From Candidatus Heimdallarchaeum endolithica (lineage in GTDB: Archaea; Asgardarchaeota; Heimdallarchaeia; Heimdallarchaeales; Heimdallarchaeaceae): 32,000 nt of DNA. This document shows positions 6,911 to 16,383 of this stretch, one piece after another (positions within the stretch are counted from its first letter, which is position 1; each line of letters begins with the position of its first letter). The stretch covers positions 2,085,555-2,117,554 of the forward strand of contig CP084167.1 of assembly GCA_021513715.1 (NCBI GenBank), given 5' to 3'. The notes under the pieces were generated by a model. The model was not told where the DNA came from. It saw only the letters and a list, made by a program, of their open reading frames with translations, and did not search any database. The translations under genes were made by a program, and so were the position numbers.

Positions 6911-6987
6911 TGGTGGCGGAGAGGAGACTTGAACTCCTGATCACCTGGTCCCAAACCAGGGGCCATACCAAGCTAGACTACCCCGCC
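6911..6987 (-). tRNA. tRNA-Pro (anticodon TGG), CCA encoded, no intron
   Basis: Reverse complement reads GGCGGGG-TA-GTCT..-CCTGG-TTTGGGA-CCAGG-TGATC-AGGAG-TTCAAGT-CTCCT-CTCCGCC-ACCA. Confidence 0.93.
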
Positions 6988-7155
6988 AGTGCTTTTAGTT
7001 GGCGTTTTTGCCATTTTTCTTTTTTCTTTTTTGTCAATTTTTTCTTTTTCTTGACGGATTACTGCTTCCAAATTATTAATTAAAGTTTTCGCTTTCTGAT
7101 AGTTACAATTTTTCTTTTTCCCTCCCATTGCTTCTTTTCTCTTTTTTCTTTATTT

Positions 7156-8775
7156 TTATTTGAATAGTTCTACATTTTCTATCATTATTTTCATGTCTTC
7201 TATTAACCAATTATTGCATTGTAACCACATTTTTCCTTCTATAAATGCTTTTATTACTTCTTCTGTTGTCAATTGTTTTGTCATCACACTTGGTTCATAC
7301 TCTCTACTGTCTCTATCTTTTGCTCCGAATATATGGCTTATTTCATGTTGTACCAGGCTTTCTGCCCATTCATCTATCACTGTTACTTGTATGTATCCCA
7401 TTCCTGCTTCATTTAGTGCTTTTTGCAGGTAATTTGATTGAGCGAAGTGGAAAGCTGCATTTTCTCCTCCAAATATAAATCCGAAATGTTCTCCTGTTTT
7501 ATTTGTGAAAGCGTTTAGCATATCGAACCCATTATTTTTTTCTGATCTTCCTTTTTCTACTATCCACTCTTGTTTTAATCCCAACAATTTTTCTGCATCT
7601 TTTATTGCTTTTTCATGCATCTCATCTAAGCTTACTATTTTGTTTTCACTTTCTAGTTTCCACTCTACTCTTACCAGTGGTATTAGTTTTATACCCAGGT
7701 TCTTCTCGAAATATTTTGATGCTCTTTCTACTGCTATCTCTGTCTCGTTTCTTATTTCCTCTCCTTGTGCTATTTTCCAGTTATTATCTAATATTGCTAT
7801 GAAAATCTTTTTTTCGTAAGCCCTTATCGACACGTTGTCAATTATTATTTCAAAATCTTTTTTTATTTCTTCTGTTGTTGTTATTTCTATTGATATGTTT
7901 GCTTCTTCATTTTCTTTTTCTTCTTCTTCTTCTTCTTCTATTTCTCCAAAAATTATTTTTTGATGCATTTTGCTTTTTTCATCTATTTCTTGCACGTGTT
8001 TTCTTTCTTTATTGTTAATTTTCACACTTAATTTTACTTTACTCTCATTTTCACTTACTACTTTTACATCCATTTCTAGGTAGTGTATATTTTTTAGTTT
8101 AATTTTCTGTGTCATAGTCAATATAGATGTTTGATTTGTTTCTGTCTTTTCCTCATTTTTTCTTAAGATTAGTGCTTTTCCCTCTGTATACTCATTTTCT
8201 TTAAAATTTAGTGTAAATTTTTCTTTATTGTATTCTATTATCCAATAATCTCCTTCTTGTTCAAAATTTCCATTTTTTATTCTTTCTTCTTCTTCTCCAT
8301 GTTTTATAACGAAATTTGCATTTAATCTATGCTTGATTATTTTTCTTCCAATTTTTAACTCTAGGCGTTCTATTTCATAATTTCCCACGTTTAATGCATA
8401 ATATCCTTTTTCATTTTTAATTAACGGTTTTAACGATACTGTAATGTTTGTTCTTTTTGTTTTTAAATTATCTATTTCTATTTTTTCTATGTCTGCTTTG
8501 AACACTCCCTCATAAGAGTAATTTTCTGATTTTATCCCCACCAGACAATAATCTATTTCTGAGATTTCTTCTATTTTTCTATTCATCTGGACTTTTAATG
8601 TCACATTTTCTCCTTTTATGTACTCTTTTTCAAGAAAAATCTCTTCTACTTTTACTAGTTGAATGTTTGTTACTATCAATATTGTTGCTGCTGACGCAAC
8701 TATTATTATACCTATGATTTCTAGTGCGCTGATTGACTTTGAGATTTTTCTCTTCATTATATTCTTTTCTCTCAT
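7156..8775 (-). CDS. N-terminally membrane-anchored zinc metalloprotease-like protein (HExxHxxGxxD, metzincin-like)
   Basis: N-terminal TM helix ALEIIGIIIVASAATILIV. Poly-Glu linker. C-terminal VQHEISHIFGAKDRD followed by SVM (a possible Met-turn). Confidence 0.7.
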   Translation of the reverse strand: MREKNIMKRKISKSISALEIIGIIIVASAATILIVTNIQLVKVEEIFLEKEYIKGENVTLKVQMNRKIEEISEIDYCLVGIKSENYSYEGVFKADIEKIEIDNLKTKRTNITVSLKPLIKNEKGYYALNVGNYEIERLELKIGRKIIKHRLNANFVIKHGEEEERIKNGNFEQEGDYWIIEYNKEKFTLNFKENEYTEGKALILRKNEEKTETNQTSILTMTQKIKLKNIHYLEMDVKVVSENESKVKLSVKINNKERKHVQEIDEKSKMHQKIIFGEIEEEEEEEKENEEANISIEITTTEEIKKDFEIIIDNVSIRAYEKKIFIAILDNNWKIAQGEEIRNETEIAVERASKYFEKNLGIKLIPLVRVEWKLESENKIVSLDEMHEKAIKDAEKLLGLKQEWIVEKGRSEKNNGFDMLNAFTNKTGEHFGFIFGGENAAFHFAQSNYLQKALNEAGMGYIQVTVIDEWAESLVQHEISHIFGAKDRDSREYEPSVMTKQLTTEEVIKAFIEGKMWLQCNNWLIEDMKIMIENVELFK

Positions 8776-8882
8776 TTCAATAATTAAAACGTTTTTAATC
8801 AGTAAAAAGTAATAAAATTCAATTTTTCAAAAAAGAACTTAAAAAGAACTAAATTATCCATTCAGTTCATTATTTTTTAATT

Positions 8883-9572
8883 CTAGTCTTTTTTCTCTTC
8901 TATTTTTTCTTTTTGTCCAATTTTTCTTTCTGTTCCTTTTATTAACCTTGACACATTTTCCCTATGTCTCCAGATTACGAACAACAAACATATTGCTCCT
9001 ACTATTGCTGCTTGCCAATTATTGTTAAAGAAAGGATCAGTTCCCGCGAACAACCATAACAATGGAGGATAGAGCATACCTGCTACTAAATTTGAAAGTG
9101 AAGTATATTTAGTTTTTTTAAGTATAACAACCCACAAACTCATTATTATTACAAATGCTATTGGATTTATTCCTAATATTGCTCCTCCTCCCACACTTGC
9201 TGATTTCCCTCCTTTAAACTTTAACCATACTGGAAAACTATGCCCTATTATTGTTGTAAAGACTATTAATGACAGAAATAACCCTTCATTTGTTAATTCT
9301 ACTTGTCCTATTTTTCCTAGTCCTTCAAAATTTTTTGTCCATATCAATATTCTCCCACTTAGAACGGCAATTGTTCCTTTTACCATATCACCTATCATTG
9401 TCATTATTCCTGCTTTTTTTCCGCACAGACGCATTACGTTTGCCATTCCTATATTTCCACTACCATGTTTTCTTACATCAATATTATAACCTATTTTTCC
9501 TATTAAGAAACCTACGGGAATCGAGCCACAAATATATCCTACAAGAAGTACAAGAATCTCTAAAAGCACCAT
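8883..9572 (-). CDS. plsY: PlsY-like glycerol-3-phosphate acyltransferase family membrane protein
   Basis: N-terminal GYICGSIPVGFLIGK and KHGSGNIGMANVMR motifs, a polytopic membrane profile, ~229 aa. Confidence 0.75.
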   Translation of the reverse strand: MVLLEILVLLVGYICGSIPVGFLIGKIGYNIDVRKHGSGNIGMANVMRLCGKKAGIMTMIGDMVKGTIAVLSGRILIWTKNFEGLGKIGQVELTNEGLFLSLIVFTTIIGHSFPVWLKFKGGKSASVGGGAILGINPIAFVIIMSLWVVILKKTKYTSLSNLVAGMLYPPLLWLFAGTDPFFNNNWQAAIVGAICLLFVIWRHRENVSRLIKGTERKIGQKEKIEEKKD

Positions 9573-9668
9573 GCTTTTCCTACTTTTATGGTATTATTTA
9601 AAATTTATTTGCTTTTATAAATAAAAAACAAAAAAAGAAGAGAATTTATTTAAAATTCTTTATTTTAA

Positions 9669-11783
9669 TTAATTAAGTACTATTTTTACATCTACTGCTG
9701 AGATTCCTTTTCCTTCTTCATATGCGAAGAATGGGTTTACGTCCATTTCTTTAATATCGTTTTTGAAATCTCTTGCAAGCAGTGATATTTTCACCATAGT
9801 GTCAACTATTGCCTTTATATCTGAAGGTTTTTCTCCTCTTACTCCTTTTAACAATGTGTATGATTTTGTTTTTCTTAACACATTTTCAGCTTCTTTGTAG
9901 CTTAGTGGAGCTAAACCGAAAGCTGCATCTTTAAGGAAGTTGGTATATATTCCACCCAATCCTATCATTACTAGTGGACCAAATTGAGGATCTTGTAATA
10001 TCCCTGTTATTAATTCTCGTCCTAGAGGAGCCATATATTGCACTTCTATTAGGCTTTCTGCGTTTGGATAATGTTTCTTTACATTTTCCATTATTTCAGT
10101 AAAAGCTTTTTCTACTTCTTCTTCATTTTTTATACCTACTTTTACTCCTCCGATGTCACTTTTATGCATAATTCCTTCCCCTGTTATCTTCATAACTACA
10201 GGGAAACCTACTTCTTTAGCGATGTGTTTAGCTTCATCGCTTGTTTTTGCTAATTTAGCTGCAGGAGTAGTTATTCCATATGCCTTTACCACTTCTTTTG
10301 CTTCTGTGCCATATAACGTTTTTCTACCTTCAGCCCTTACTTTCTTGAATATTTCTTCTACCCTCTGTTTATCTACTTCTATTTCAGGTATAGGTTCATC
10401 TTCTGGTCTGTTTTTTATTTTAGCATATCTGGCCATAGCGGACATAGCTCCAACTCCTCTCTCTGGAAGTGTAAATGTGGGTATTTTGTGTTTCTTCAAA
10501 TAATATATTGCGGGGCCTAATGATTCTCCCCCTATAAAAACTGCAATGATAGGTTTTTCAGGATATTTTTCATGCATCTCCACAATTCTTTCTGCAGTTT
10601 CTTGTCCCTCAGTCATAGCTTGTGGCGTTAAAATAACGACTATTCCATCTATATTTTCTTCTTTACATGCTAGCTCTATTATCCGTCCATAATCCTCTCC
10701 TTGTGCCGTTCCTAAGGCATCTATCGGATTTTTGAAACTTGATGCAGGAGGTAAAAATTCTCTTAATTTTGCCTCAAACTCGGGAGATATCTCTGCTAGT
10801 TCTAATCCTTCTCTTTCGGCAGCATCGGTTGCTAGAATTCCAGGTCCTCCAGCATTAGTAATTATTACTATTCTGTTTCCCTTTGGTATAGGCATGCAGC
10901 TGAATGAAAATGCCATATCAAATAATTCTTCAGCATTATCAGCTCTTATTACGCCACATTTTTCAAAAGCAACATCATAAGTTGTATCTGCACCAGCCAT
11001 ACTTCCTGTGTGTGAAGATGCTGCCTTTGCTCCAGCTTTTGATCTTCCTGATTTAATAATAAGGACAGGTTTTGTTCTCGTTACTTCAGAACAAATCTTA
11101 ATGAATTCTTCTCCTCGATTTATGCTTTCCAAATAAGCTAATATTGCTTTTGTATGTTCATCTTCACCCAAAGCTTCAATAAAATCTGTTGCGTCTAGGT
11201 CTGCTTTATTACCTATACTTATAAAAGATGAGAAGCCAATCCCTTCTGCTCTACTCCAATCTAGAATACCAGTTAAAAGAGCTCCACTTTGGGATATAAA
11301 TGCAATATCTCCTCTTATTGGAGTTTGTTCTGCAAAACTTGCATTTATAGGTGCAATGGTATCTATTATACCTAAAATGTTAGGTCCTACCATTCTCATG
11401 TTGTATTTTTTCACAAGTTCAACTAGTTCCTTTTCAAGTTTTGCTCCTTCTTCTCCAACTTCTTTAAAACCAGCAGTTATTACAGCAACATATGGAACAT
11501 TCTTTTCACCTAGTTCTTCAATTGTTGAAGGAATAAATCTTGCAGGAATACAAATTACTGCTAGATCAATCGTATCTTCGATATCGCTTACACGAGAATA
11601 ACACTTGACACCCAAAATTTCATAATTATAACGTTCAGCTTTGGGATTGACAGCATACAACCTTCCTTTAAAACCGCAATCAATCATATTTTTTAATGCT
11701 GCATAACCGACTTTCTTTTCATCAGAAGAAGCGCCAATAATTACCACGCTTTCAGGCCTTAATAGTTTTTCAAGCTTAGTCAC
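9669..11783 (-). CDS. acd: Acetyl-CoA synthetase (ADP-forming), fused alpha/beta (CoA-binding + ligase-CoA + ATP-grasp)
   Basis: ESVVIIGASSDEKKVGYAALKNM CoA-binding N-terminus, SHTGSMAG phosphohistidine-loop-like segment, C-terminal ATP-grasp region, 704 aa. GTG start preceded by ggtga. Confidence 0.85.
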   Translation of the reverse strand: MTKLEKLLRPESVVIIGASSDEKKVGYAALKNMIDCGFKGRLYAVNPKAERYNYEILGVKCYSRVSDIEDTIDLAVICIPARFIPSTIEELGEKNVPYVAVITAGFKEVGEEGAKLEKELVELVKKYNMRMVGPNILGIIDTIAPINASFAEQTPIRGDIAFISQSGALLTGILDWSRAEGIGFSSFISIGNKADLDATDFIEALGEDEHTKAILAYLESINRGEEFIKICSEVTRTKPVLIIKSGRSKAGAKAASSHTGSMAGADTTYDVAFEKCGVIRADNAEELFDMAFSFSCMPIPKGNRIVIITNAGGPGILATDAAEREGLELAEISPEFEAKLREFLPPASSFKNPIDALGTAQGEDYGRIIELACKEENIDGIVVILTPQAMTEGQETAERIVEMHEKYPEKPIIAVFIGGESLGPAIYYLKKHKIPTFTLPERGVGAMSAMARYAKIKNRPEDEPIPEIEVDKQRVEEIFKKVRAEGRKTLYGTEAKEVVKAYGITTPAAKLAKTSDEAKHIAKEVGFPVVMKITGEGIMHKSDIGGVKVGIKNEEEVEKAFTEIMENVKKHYPNAESLIEVQYMAPLGRELITGILQDPQFGPLVMIGLGGIYTNFLKDAAFGLAPLSYKEAENVLRKTKSYTLLKGVRGEKPSDIKAIVDTMVKISLLARDFKNDIKEMDVNPFFAYEEGKGISAVDVKIVLN

Positions 11784-12189
11784 ACTGATTCACCAAAATC
11801 TAACCTTTGTCCTCAACCGATTATTAAATGATTTAAGTGTGTCGATTGATATAATTTACTTTTTACGTAAGCTTTTCGCACACGGGCTTTCAAGAGAGAA
11901 AACAAAAGGAAGTTTAATTACTTGATAAGTCAACCTAAACGTATAATAAGAGGAGACGGTTGAGACAGACATCATACACGAATCGTGGGAATCATAAAGA
12001 AGAAAATAACTTTTTTTCTTCACTCCACAAGAGAAAAAAAGAAATACAGTTCTCCAAAACAGAGGAAGAAATTCTTTTTCGTCTACTGGGGATGTAACAA
12101 AAACTTTAGAAAAAAGGTTAATATTCTGCTAAAAACTATTTTCTTTTTGAATTATCGCTAACATTTTGTGGTCTTTATAAGTTCTATTT

Positions 12190-12627
12190 TTGTATAAAAA
12201 AGGAGAACAATCAAAGGAAAAATTAGGAGTGAAAATATTGTCTTTTGGAATTCTAACAAATAAAATTAGTGAAGAAATAACTGATTGTATAAGTGAATTA
12301 AGATTCAAGTCACCAGGGATTTTAGATATAGCAGTTGTTTCTGTCGAAGGGTTACCCATAGCTTCATTAATGTTGGACAACATTGATGAAACTCGCATTT
12401 CAGCAATGACTGCAGCAAGCTTGTCTCTAGGGGAACGTGTGGTTTCAGAATTAAGAAAAGGAAAAGTAAAAAAAATTCTTATTGAAGGAGATAATGGATA
12501 TATTGTTACAATGCAAGCAGGAGAAAATGCAGTTATCACCGTTTCCACCACGCCAGATACAAAACTTGGTTTACTATTTCTAGATTTAGAAAGAGCAGCT
12601 ATTAAATTAGGGAAACTATTGACTTAA
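12190..12627 (+). CDS. Roadblock/LC7 (MglB-like) domain protein
   Basis: DIAVVSVEGLPIAS...ISAMTAASLSLGERV...GYIVTMQAGENAVITV pattern. The true start may be the in-frame TTG at 12238, preceded by AGGAG. Confidence 0.7.
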   Translation: MYKKGEQSKEKLGVKILSFGILTNKISEEITDCISELRFKSPGILDIAVVSVEGLPIASLMLDNIDETRISAMTAASLSLGERVVSELRKGKVKKILIEGDNGYIVTMQAGENAVITVSTTPDTKLGLLFLDLERAAIKLGKLLT

Positions 12628-12650
12628 AAATAGAAAATTGTATGCTAAAA

Positions 12651-15008
12651 TCACTTTATAATAAATTTTGAATAGGGTAAACTTAAATCTTTAACTACAG
12701 AGGTTATTTCCTCATTTGAGTAAATCTGCCTTAGTTGTTTAATAATTATAGGAGAGGACAATATTTTTGAAAGAAATTCATTTTCGCGTTTAATATTAAT
12801 GACTTCAGGTTTCTGCGTAAAGACAATTTCTTGCAACACTTCTTCTAATTCTGAAGATAGTTTCTCTCTAAGATAAATTTCAAAAACCAAAGAATTTATT
12901 ATAAACTCGAGTTTAGATCTGACTTGCATATATAGTCTATCATCCAATTGAAGTGCTTGTGCTCTGTACATACACTCAGAAAAGAAACTTACCACTTTTT
13001 GGTTGTGAGAGACTTGAATAGGTAGAGTGGTAATTTGACTTGTTCTAAAATCGTAGAGATAGTAAATTTTTTTGTTTCTGTGTTTAATATAATAATGTAA
13101 AAGTTCTGAATTTAGAAGAGAAAGAAGAAAAAACCAGTCCAACTTAGAACGCATTTCTTGTTTGATAACAAGAGTGATAACATCTGTTTCATTAATCGTT
13201 AGGGGCGTTTTACTTTTAACTAAAGCAAATCTATTAATTGAAGACTGATATGGCGTTACGATTTTTGGAACACTATCAATTAAATTTAAAGAGCGATAGG
13301 CTGCATAATCAAAGAAGTTCTTACTACCATATTTTTTTTGTGTTTCTTTGAGTTTCTCGATATACTTATGTAGATACTGCTCAATCATAGGGTAATCTGA
13401 AATAGACTTGTCTTTGAGAAATATCCAATATCGCTCTTGTTTTTTAAGAAAATAGCGGATAATATCACTATTTTTAATTAATCTTCTTAAAACTCTTTGT
13501 TCATTTTCAGGGAGAGAAAGTTTAACTTTTTTATATCCTTCAAATATATTATCTTTAATTTTTTTTAAAGTAAATATTGAATTATTACCTGTTGAACAAC
13601 CCTTCCCGATATAACACACACCAGGAATATTATTTTCTTTATCTCCTCCAAGTGTTAAACAACTATGTTCATCGAGATATTCAACCAGTTTAGGAACATT
13701 AAAGTTCCATCTTGAAGAGGAGAGGGATTCTTGATCGATTTGTTTAACAAGAAAATCATGTTTATTGATAGAGGTTATTCTCTCAGAATTTTGTAAAATA
13801 TAAACATCAAACAATCCTTTTTCTTTTCTTTTTTCTAAAGTTACAATAGAAACATCGACCCCCAACTTTTTTTCGCTCTCAGAAAACAAACTCCTATTAC
13901 TTTGGAAGTCCATGATTTCAAGGATTCTAGAATTCTTCTGGATAAAATATCTCAATTTATTGCTATCTTTACCCTCTAACCAGTATCGAGGAACTATAAA
14001 AGAAACAACCCCAGAGGGACGTAATATTGATAATGCACGTTCCCAGAAAACGTTAGATAGATCACCGTTGGGATTATAAGTTTCATAAATGCTTGCATAA
14101 ATATATCTTTCAATTTGTGGTAAACGTTTAACATTGATGTAGGGGGGATTTCCTACGATAATATCAAAACCTTCTCGATTTCTCAATTGAGGAAAAAATA
14201 ATTTCCAATGAACTAATTTTTGTTTTCTTAAAAAGTTATAAACTTCTGTGACTAATGTTTTTTTTCTAAATTTAGATAAAAAAAGTTCAACCCAGTGGTT
14301 TGTAGAATCCTTTCCATTAATATATCCTTTATTAATAAAACCTAGTAAACTATTCCCTTGTCTAAAATTAGCGCGAGGAAGTTTAATATTAGAACAATTT
14401 AGAGCTTCCATTACTTGTTTAAATAACTTTAATTGAGCCAATTCTATAGCCTTTGCGGAAAGATCAACACCAAAAAGACTATTCTGAACGATATCTATAG
14501 CGATTTTTTTGCTTTCCTCTTCTAATTCAGAAGGAGAAGGAGAATATAAAAGAATAAATACGTTTTTACGCAGTAAAAATAAGTAATCAAATGTATAGAT
14601 GAGAAAGACACCCCAACCCATCGATATATCACAGACAGTTATATTTGGAAAAATATGTTGGTGTAAATATGTTAGAATCTTTTTTTCATGATTTGAGAGA
14701 TTTGAGTTAAGAGACAAGATTTTCTTAACTAATTGCTGAATATTGCTGTCAAACTTCGATAAATACCAAAGAAAAGCGTTAGAAACAATATAATCAACTA
14801 TAAAGTCAGGGGTATAGTAGATACCAAAGTTTTTTTTCTTGGAACTATTAAATAAATTCAATTCAGACTCATAGATATTTATTTTATGCACAACATCAGA
14901 AAGAGATAAAGGAATATAGGAGGTCAATTTTGCTATCCAGAGTATGTATTGGAGAAAAATAAAAAAGGTTACGCTTAAAGAACAAAAAAAGAATAAAGTT
15001 CTAAACAA
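12651..15008 (-). CDS. N6-adenine DNA methyltransferase, Eco57I/TaqI-like family, with a C-terminal specificity-type domain. No nuclease domain recognised.
   Basis: GIYYTPDFIVDYIV (motif X), FGVDLSAKAIELAQLKL (AdoMet-binding motif I), IIVGNPPYINVKR (NPPY catalytic motif IV). The hydrophobic first ~27 aa suggest the true start may be further downstream. Confidence 0.8.
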   Translation of the reverse strand: MFRTLFFFCSLSVTFFIFLQYILWIAKLTSYIPLSLSDVVHKINIYESELNLFNSSKKKNFGIYYTPDFIVDYIVSNAFLWYLSKFDSNIQQLVKKILSLNSNLSNHEKKILTYLHQHIFPNITVCDISMGWGVFLIYTFDYLFLLRKNVFILLYSPSPSELEEESKKIAIDIVQNSLFGVDLSAKAIELAQLKLFKQVMEALNCSNIKLPRANFRQGNSLLGFINKGYINGKDSTNHWVELFLSKFRKKTLVTEVYNFLRKQKLVHWKLFFPQLRNREGFDIIVGNPPYINVKRLPQIERYIYASIYETYNPNGDLSNVFWERALSILRPSGVVSFIVPRYWLEGKDSNKLRYFIQKNSRILEIMDFQSNRSLFSESEKKLGVDVSIVTLEKRKEKGLFDVYILQNSERITSINKHDFLVKQIDQESLSSSRWNFNVPKLVEYLDEHSCLTLGGDKENNIPGVCYIGKGCSTGNNSIFTLKKIKDNIFEGYKKVKLSLPENEQRVLRRLIKNSDIIRYFLKKQERYWIFLKDKSISDYPMIEQYLHKYIEKLKETQKKYGSKNFFDYAAYRSLNLIDSVPKIVTPYQSSINRFALVKSKTPLTINETDVITLVIKQEMRSKLDWFFLLSLLNSELLHYYIKHRNKKIYYLYDFRTSQITTLPIQVSHNQKVVSFFSECMYRAQALQLDDRLYMQVRSKLEFIINSLVFEIYLREKLSSELEEVLQEIVFTQKPEVINIKRENEFLSKILSSPIIIKQLRQIYSNEEITSVVKDLSLPYSKFIIK

Positions 15009-15040
15009 GAAAAGAAAATAGACAAAAAATAATTAGTTAT

Positions 15041-15535
15041 CTATAAAAGATACTCTCCTTCTTCCTCTTCCTTTTCAGTTGCGGCCTTTTCGATAACGCG
15101 TATTGATTCTCCAGAAATAGTAACGGGTATTTGAAGATCAACACTTAAAAGCTCCAAGGTAACTTCTTCTTTTGCAGAATGAATATCTGTGACACGTGCT
15201 CGAGAACCCTTAAAGGGACCAGAGACGATTTCGACTATATCACCAGGGTTTACTCCTTCAATAACAGGACGAGGCATAAGAAAATGTTCTAGCTCATTAA
15301 TAGGTATCTCTTCAGCTCTAGAAGAACGAGGACGTTTCCTTACGTGTCGGACTCCTTCAACTAGTAACTCTATGTGATCAATGGAACTTGATTCTATAAA
15401 GATATAACCTTTAAGAGAACCAGTAACCAAAATAGCTTTAATATCAAGCTCTGGTCGTTTATCTGCTCGACGAGCTAAATACTCAGAAACAGATTGTTCC
15501 TGCCCTATTGCTGTTCTCAATGCATATATTGGCAT
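15041..15535 (-). CDS. spt5: Transcription elongation factor Spt5 (archaeal NusG)
   Basis: MPIYALRTAIGQEQ NGN domain and KOW motif GDIVEIVSGPFKGSRARV. I chose the internal ATG at 15535 (GGAG upstream), because the track ORF start at 15601 overlaps secE. Confidence 0.88.
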   Translation of the reverse strand: MPIYALRTAIGQEQSVSEYLARRADKRPELDIKAILVTGSLKGYIFIESSSIDHIELLVEGVRHVRKRPRSSRAEEIPINELEHFLMPRPVIEGVNPGDIVEIVSGPFKGSRARVTDIHSAKEEVTLELLSVDLQIPVTISGESIRVIEKAATEKEEEEGEYLL

Positions 15536-15581
15536 AATTTCATCTCCACGAGGTTTAAGTAAAACGTAAGAAAGAATAATA

Positions 15582-15776
15582 TCATTTGTTAATAGCGTCA
15601 AGTATAACGTTGAACATAAGATGAAGAACCCAACCGATTAATCCAATGACTATAATACCTAAAGCAGTAATTTTAGCAGTCATGGAAAGCTCGCGACGAC
15701 TAGGCTTTTTAGCATGACGAAGTAAACGTCGACTACGAATAACGAAAGAACGAGTATTGTTAATAAATTTGCTCAT
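15582..15776 (-). CDS. secE: Preprotein translocase subunit SecE (Sec61-gamma)
   Basis: 64 aa with a basic N-terminus and a single C-terminal TM helix (ITALGIIVIGLIGWVLHLMF). Conserved position next to spt5. Confidence 0.8.
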   Translation of the reverse strand: MSKFINNTRSFVIRSRRLLRHAKKPSRRELSMTAKITALGIIVIGLIGWVLHLMFNVILDAINK

Positions 15777-15852
15777 TATCTATACCTCTATTTTAAATAT
15801 ACTTCATGTTTAATTTTTTACTAGCATTCATAAACTTTGTTTATAACGAAAG

Positions 15853-16350
15853 TTATTCCTCATTCTCAGAGAGAATATCAGCATACAATCCTTCATCTAT
15901 CTCCTTCTGAACTACACGAGGAGCTTTACCATCACAAGTAATACCCATACAAACCATGGTCCCAAGCAACTCTTTACAAGCAGCACCAAGAGTAGCAGCA
16001 GTAAGATCAGGCCATTTAGCTTTAGCAGCATTGATCAACTGTTGAAAAGTAATATTGCCAACAACCTCAGTGTTAGGAGTACCAGAACCCTTGGAAAGAC
16101 CAGCTTCTTTTAAAATAAGAGCAGAAGCAGGAGGAATACCAACGGAAAGGGTAAACTCACGTGTTTTCTTGAAAACGGTAACAGTAACAGGAACCTTCAT
16201 ACCTTTATAAGCTTGAGTTTGCTTGTTAATTTCATCGACAACTTGCTTGATATTAACACCAGTAGGACCAAGAGCAGGGCCCATAGCACCACCAGGGGTA
16301 GCTTTACCACCATCTACTAAAAGATCAACAGTAACTGTATCTGAACTCAT
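15853..16350 (-). CDS. rpl11: 50S ribosomal protein L11
   Basis: VDGGKATPGGAMGPALGPTGVNI and SVGIPPASALI motifs, 165 aa. Confidence 0.93.
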   Translation of the reverse strand: MSSDTVTVDLLVDGGKATPGGAMGPALGPTGVNIKQVVDEINKQTQAYKGMKVPVTVTVFKKTREFTLSVGIPPASALILKEAGLSKGSGTPNTEVVGNITFQQLINAAKAKWPDLTAATLGAACKELLGTMVCMGITCDGKAPRVVQKEIDEGLYADILSENEE

Positions 16351-16383
16351 AATATATTCTCCTCTAAATAATGTTAGTATATC

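Noticed and set aside
7160-7819. Four + strand ORFs within 7160-7819
   Set aside because: They are antisense to the metalloprotease gene, which has the HExxH motif and a coherent domain layout.
9269-11601. + strand ORFs antisense to plsY and acd
   Set aside because: They overlap strongly supported minus-strand genes and have no motifs.
11784-12189. Possible ncRNA or small ORF in the 400-bp acd/roadblock intergenic region (8-bp long-range complement ctcaaccg/cggttgag; TTG-initiated 45-codon ORF 11960-12097 with AGGAG 4 nt upstream)
   Set aside because: The complementarity is short, I could see no C/D-box or other RNA family signature, and the ORF is short with a weak start context. It cannot be supported without covariation or expression data.
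12129-12551. 140-aa ORF (-)
   Set aside because: It is antisense to the Roadblock/LC7 gene.
15536-15601. N-terminal extension of the spt5 ORF (MTLLTNDIILSYVLLKPRGDEI)
   Set aside because: It overlaps the secE 3' end. The conserved NGN domain begins at MPIYALR, with GGAG upstream of the ATG at 15535.
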